This document shows positions 16,691-20,000 of a stretch of DNA of 20,000 bases, piece by piece. Both the position numbers and the translations under genes were made by a program. The stretch comes from an uncultured virus (IMG/VR IMGVR_UViG_3300018494_000116) (taxonomy: Duplodnaviria > Heunggongvirae > Uroviricota > Caudoviricetes), in IMG/VR virus record IMGVR_UViG_3300018494_000116, positions 58,728-78,727 of that record; one strand, 5' to 3'. The notes beneath the pieces are model-generated. The model made no database searches and was not told the origin of the DNA. It saw only the letters and a list, made by a program, of their open reading frames with translations. The stretch's first letter is position 1. Each line of letters begins with the position of its first letter.

Positions 16691-16893
16691 ATTCTTTGTT
16701 CAAATTCTTGATTAAGTTTATCTTTGCCAATTTTTTCAATATAATCGTTAAGATGTTGCGCAGAAAAACCACAACAGATGAAACAAGTTGTAGGATTTAT
16801 GCAACCTCCCATACAACTGCCGCAGCATCGTACTTTAGTTTCATTGGTAATAAATTTGTCTACTAAAAACTCAATCCACTCTCTGTGTTCCAT
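16681..16893 (-). CDS. Small Cys-rich hypothetical protein
   Basis: 70 aa, GAAGG RBS, CCGSCMGGC...CFICC; the stop overlaps the tRNA-Cys 5' end. Confidence 0.65.
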   Translation of the reverse strand: MEHREWIEFLVDKFITNETKVRCCGSCMGGCINPTTCFICCGFSAQHLNDYIEKIGKDKLNQEFEQRMVE

Positions 16894-16914
16894 AAAATTA
16901 CCTTCTTTTGTTTT

Positions 16915-16988
16915 TGGTGCTCGCCATGGGACTCGAACCCATACCTTACTGATTAAGAGTCAGCATACTACCATTATACGAAGCGAAC
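16915..16988 (-). tRNA. tRNA-Lys(CTT)
   Basis: AC GCTGA-CT-CTT-AA-TCAGT. Confidence 0.92.
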
Positions 16989-17112
16989 ATACTGCAAGGG
17001 TGCCGTGAATCGGACTGGTAGTGTTTTACCCCTTGCTACCGACAAGTCTACCATACTTGGCGGCTCTCCCAGTTTTTATATGGACCACGATGGAGCGCGA
17101 ACCATAACGCTT

Positions 17113-17189
17113 TGGTGCCACCGGTGGGATTCGAACCCACAACATTCAGTTTCTAAGACTGACGGCTCTTCCAGTTGGCCTACGGGGGC
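17113..17189 (-). tRNA. tRNA-Leu(TAG) with short variable loop
   Basis: AC TCAGT-CT-TAG-AA-ACTGA; 5-nt variable loop; A73. Confidence 0.9.
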
Positions 17190-17191
17190 AT

Positions 17192-17277
17192 TGGAGCTCT
17201 AGGTCCGATTCGAACGGACGGGGACTTTCGTCTCTCGCTTACAAGGCGAGTGCAATCGGCCACTATGCGACTAGAGC
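17192..17277 (-). tRNA. tRNA-Thr(TGT) with long variable arm
   Basis: AC CTCGC-CT-TGT-AA-GCGAG; variable hairpin GAC-GAAA-GTC. Confidence 0.92.
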
Positions 17278-17362
17278 ATATGATAGCTTTAAATCAGCTA
17301 ACTACTTATTTGCGTCTTTATTTATTGCCCAGGTGGCGCTAATTTGTTACTCATCTCTGGCG

Positions 17363-17438
17363 TGGTACTGGTGGGTGGATTCGAACCACCGACGACTCGC
17401 GTATCAGACGAGGCTTCTAACCACTGAATTACACCAGT
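17363..17438 (-). tRNA. tRNA-Ile(GAT)
   Basis: AC CTCGT-CT-GAT-AC-GCGAG. Confidence 0.93.
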
Positions 17439-17446
17439 ATATTATT

Positions 17447-17521
17447 TGGCACCCGAAGAAGGAGTCGGACCCTCATAGGCGGATTAGAAATCCGCTGCAC
17501 TATCCGTTATGCTATTCGGGC
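17447..17521 (-). tRNA. tRNA-Arg(TCT)
   Basis: AC GCGGA-TT-TCT-AA-TCCGC. Confidence 0.93.
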
Positions 17522-17523
17522 AT

Positions 17524-17598
17524 TGGCACATGGTACAGGAGTTGAACCCATATCTGATAGTTCGTAGCCATCTGTTCTTTCCGTTAAACTAACCATGT
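17524..17598 (-). tRNA. tRNA-Arg(ACG)
   Basis: AC GATGG-CT-ACG-AA-CTATC. Confidence 0.93.
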
Positions 17599-17618
17599 AA
17601 AAATAAAAGAGCAGAAAC

Positions 17619-17909
17619 TTAGTCTCTGCTCGTAAAACACATAGTGAAACTGCGTCGCGGATCGTCTGCCGCGACAGGTACATAGCAATCATACTGCTCA
17701 CACCACTCAAATGTCATTTTTGGATGTGCGTATTGGTCTATGCCCTCTGGTATTTCTGCTATTGCTACTGTATTACGAGCTGTGTCATTCGGTAGACACT
17801 TTGTAATTGTATCATAGGCTTTGGAGAGCGTATCAAAATAACCTACTGTTTTTCTATTAGTAAGCGCAAAAGTATTAATATTCCAATTGTAGCGTATAAT
17901 GAAATACAT
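17619..17909 (-). CDS. Hypothetical phage protein
   Basis: 96 aa with GGAGG RBS. Confidence 0.75.
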   Translation of the reverse strand: MYFIIRYNWNINTFALTNRKTVGYFDTLSKAYDTITKCLPNDTARNTVAIAEIPEGIDQYAHPKMTFEWCEQYDCYVPVAADDPRRSFTMCFTSRD

Positions 17910-18049
17910 AGATTATTTCCTCCGTTAAAATTTTTGGTTGGGCGCCTCTGGCGTTTTTGGTCGTTTTGTCCCCAATATCAAAAATTTGACATTACCTCGT
18001 TTGCTCGAGTACGGCAGAACTGCCTTTAAACTGCCGGGGGCCCGTTGTA

Positions 18050-18140
18050 TGGCGGAAGATACAGGACTCGAACCTGTACTACAGGATGACTGTAGGAGGG
18101 ATTAGCAATCCCTTGAGATACCAAATTACTCCAATCCTCC
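18050..18140 (-). tRNA. tRNA-Ser(GCT)
   Basis: AC AGGGA-TT-GCT-AA-TCCCT; long variable arm; G73. Confidence 0.94.
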
Positions 18141-19059
18141 ATATAAGCTGCTTTTGTTATCGCAGTGCATTGCTATTCTTCTGCGTGGTTGATTCGCCGC
18201 CTACCATATACGGGTTCTTTAACGACGGATATGTTCCTTCCGTCCGTCCGCAACTCTTGCGTCCAAGAAGTCGCGTTTGTTACATTCGCGACTGTAACTA
18301 TTTCACACTATCTCCGCAACATCCTACATCCTCATGCCTAGCACATTGCCAGACAGGTGGAGTTGAACCACCCGGAGCCCAGTGAATCGTGTGAAATTTT
18401 TATGCTACCTGTTTCAGTAGGTCGGTAGTTACCATCCCCTCAATCCTCGGGTTGGAGCAGGAGATACGCTCCCGCCACGGTGTTTTTGCGGACTATCCGA
18501 CCGACAAAGGTTTGATGCTACTCGACGTGGTTAACATCTATATCCGCCCAATGAATCAATAATCTTTATAGTGCCAGAGTTCCAATGCACTCCTCGTTGC
18601 TCACGGATACGAGACCCCGGCTTTTTAGATGGCTGCTCCATACATAGTCTACATACGCCGAACTAGTTGGCTCCACGGTGTTTCTCGCCTCCGCCGACGT
18701 CGCTTCATTATTGGTGCAAGCACTAACCACCTTGCGGATGTACTGGTACGGCCCACCGCTGCCGTAAATTTTACATCACCAACCTGATGCCCGTTAACGC
18801 CAGAAGAGGCGGAAGGTTTTTGACCACTTTATCCCTACAAAGCCCTGACAAACAATCTAAGTGTCTAACGAGGTCAACCGAAGGGTTTTCTGCACCCTTA
18901 GCGAGTTTATATACCGTATTCTTCGGTGGGATAAGCATTATCAGACTTTTATCTTATCGCCATAAAGCTCTGACTTTCCCTCTTGGGTAGAGGTACTCTC
19001 TCCCGCACGATTTTCAACCGCTATCTACTTCTCATGCTCGTGTCACCCAATCTGCGCTT
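18141..19059 (-). ncRNA. About 920-nt structured non-coding tract between tRNA-Gly(TCC) and tRNA-Ser(GCT)
   Basis: No minus-strand ORF; internal repeats, a pseudoknot and a permuted tRNA-like module. Confidence 0.6.
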
Positions 19060-19133
19060 TGGAGCGGATAACCGGTGCTGGCCCGGTGCCCACGGTTTGG
19101 AAGACCGTTATACTACTGTTATACGATACCCGC
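19060..19133 (-). tRNA. tRNA-Gly(TCC)
   Basis: AC ACGGT-CT-TCC-AA-ACCGT; U73; T-loop GCCAGCA. Confidence 0.88.
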
Positions 19134-19159
19134 ATTTAACTTTTTTCTTTTGTATAATT

Positions 19160-19188
19160 ATTATAACGCAAATTAGACAAAAAATCAA
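19160..19188 (-). promoter_or_regulatory. sigma70/sigmaA promoter
   Basis: TTGATT-17-TATAAT. Confidence 0.75.
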
Positions 19189-19374
19189 ATTTTCTTATAA
19201 CCGTATTTTGCTAGTCAGGCTTGCGGACCCAAGTCAACGCCACGATAAATACGGAAACCGTGTCTTACAACCGATGGTAAGAACATCACAGTAACTTCAC
19301 TTACTGTCGTGCCAATGTTTTTCACTAAAACAAAGAAACAGTAGGACTATTAACTACCCTCATCCTATGGGTAA

Positions 19375-19450
<76 letters not shown>

Positions 19451-19522
19451 AGAAAAGTGGGGTAGATTAGCGGCTACCCCTCCGCTAGAAAGAAAGGAGG
19501 AAACCAATAATGTAACGCGTCG

Positions 19523-19594
19523 TGGTGGCAAAAATAGGTGTCGATCCTAATTGACTTCGTGTATGAGACGATGTTCCTTGCCGAAGGTTTTGCC
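19523..19594 (-). tRNA. tRNA-Met(CAT), elongator-like, atypical
   Basis: Perfect acceptor GGCAAAA/TTTTGCC plus A-CCA; TCGT-CT-CAT-AC-ACGA; T-loop ATCGACA; shortened D arm and C8. Confidence 0.75.
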
Positions 19595-19996
19595 ATATAA
19601 GGCACAGACATACGATTCTGTGCCTTGTGCGCACATTGTAGTGATTCGCGGCCTTGCTAGGTTTCTACACACCTCTGTTTCAGGTTCCACTTGTAAGGGA
19701 CATAGCCTCATCACAAGTTACGCAAACATTATGGCTCTTTTGTATTGCGTTCCCCAGCTTGGGTTTTGTACGAGTTGTCCTTCTCGTGGCTGCTGCCGCG
19801 CCCTTTGCCATTCCCGAGAGCGCCTTGATATTACCTCGGTCGCATTAGAGGGTTTAATGTAAACCCACAAATTGCACATTGCTTTTCCTTATGGTTCCAT
19901 TTGCTCTACCAAGAGACAAGTTGATAATAACGCTTCCACTTGCCAGCCTACGCCAATTTGGGATAAATTGGTAACCCCTTATCGTTGCCTATCGTT
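19595..19996 (-). ncRNA. About 400-nt structured non-coding tract
   Basis: No minus-strand ORF; hairpins such as AAGGCACAGA/TCTGTGCCTT and CCAATTT/AAATTGG; repeated CAARTGGAA. Confidence 0.45.
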
Positions 19997-20000
19997 TGGC

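Noticed and set aside
16032..18166. Shared 14-mer TTTGTTATCGCAGT, and a 12-nt complementarity between 10189-10200 and 18548-18559
   Set aside because: Matches of this length at long distance are expected by chance in 20 kb.
18960..18990. GAGGGAAAGTCAGAGCT resembling the RNase P RNA CR-I/P4 motif
   Set aside because: No ACAGAA...GCTT CR-V partner or other conserved regions were found, and the segment has local pairing partners and a paralogous repeat; cmsearch would settle it.
19678..19714. GTGATGA...CTGA box C/D-like pair
   Set aside because: No supporting terminal stem, and the context is a bacterial phage.
19997..20000. TGGC at the right edge, possibly the G-CCA end of another tRNA (Glu and Gln are missing)
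   Set aside because: Only four bases are visible.

Overview
A segment of a large, AT-rich tailed bacteriophage genome; the host is probably Bacillota/Clostridia (inferred from sigmaA-type extended -10 promoters, GGAGG RBSs and an HPr-like gene). All supported genes are on the minus strand. 1-3.2 kb is a tail-fibre/baseplate-type cluster whose left part looks frame-damaged. 3.3-8.5 kb is a nucleotide/one-carbon module (dut, gmk, thyX and a GC-rich folD) plus small hypotheticals, arranged as promoter-gene-terminator cassettes. 8.5-20 kb is a large RNA locus with 24 hand-folded tRNA genes with encoded CCA (all amino acids except Glu and Gln; three CAT tRNAs). Many have non-canonical but co-varying T-loops or swapped variable-arm classes. 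The array also holds two GIY-YIG endonucleases, a metallophosphoesterase and an HPr-like protein. The most notable feature is about 4-5 kb of GC-richer DNA with no credible ORF (8735-10875, 15535-16266, 18141-19059, 19595-19996, plus spacers). It is packed with closed multibranch stems, pseudoknots, repeated motifs and tRNA-mimic modules, and looks like a co-transcribed array of undescribed structured ncRNAs. All calls were made by eye; no database or folding software was run.
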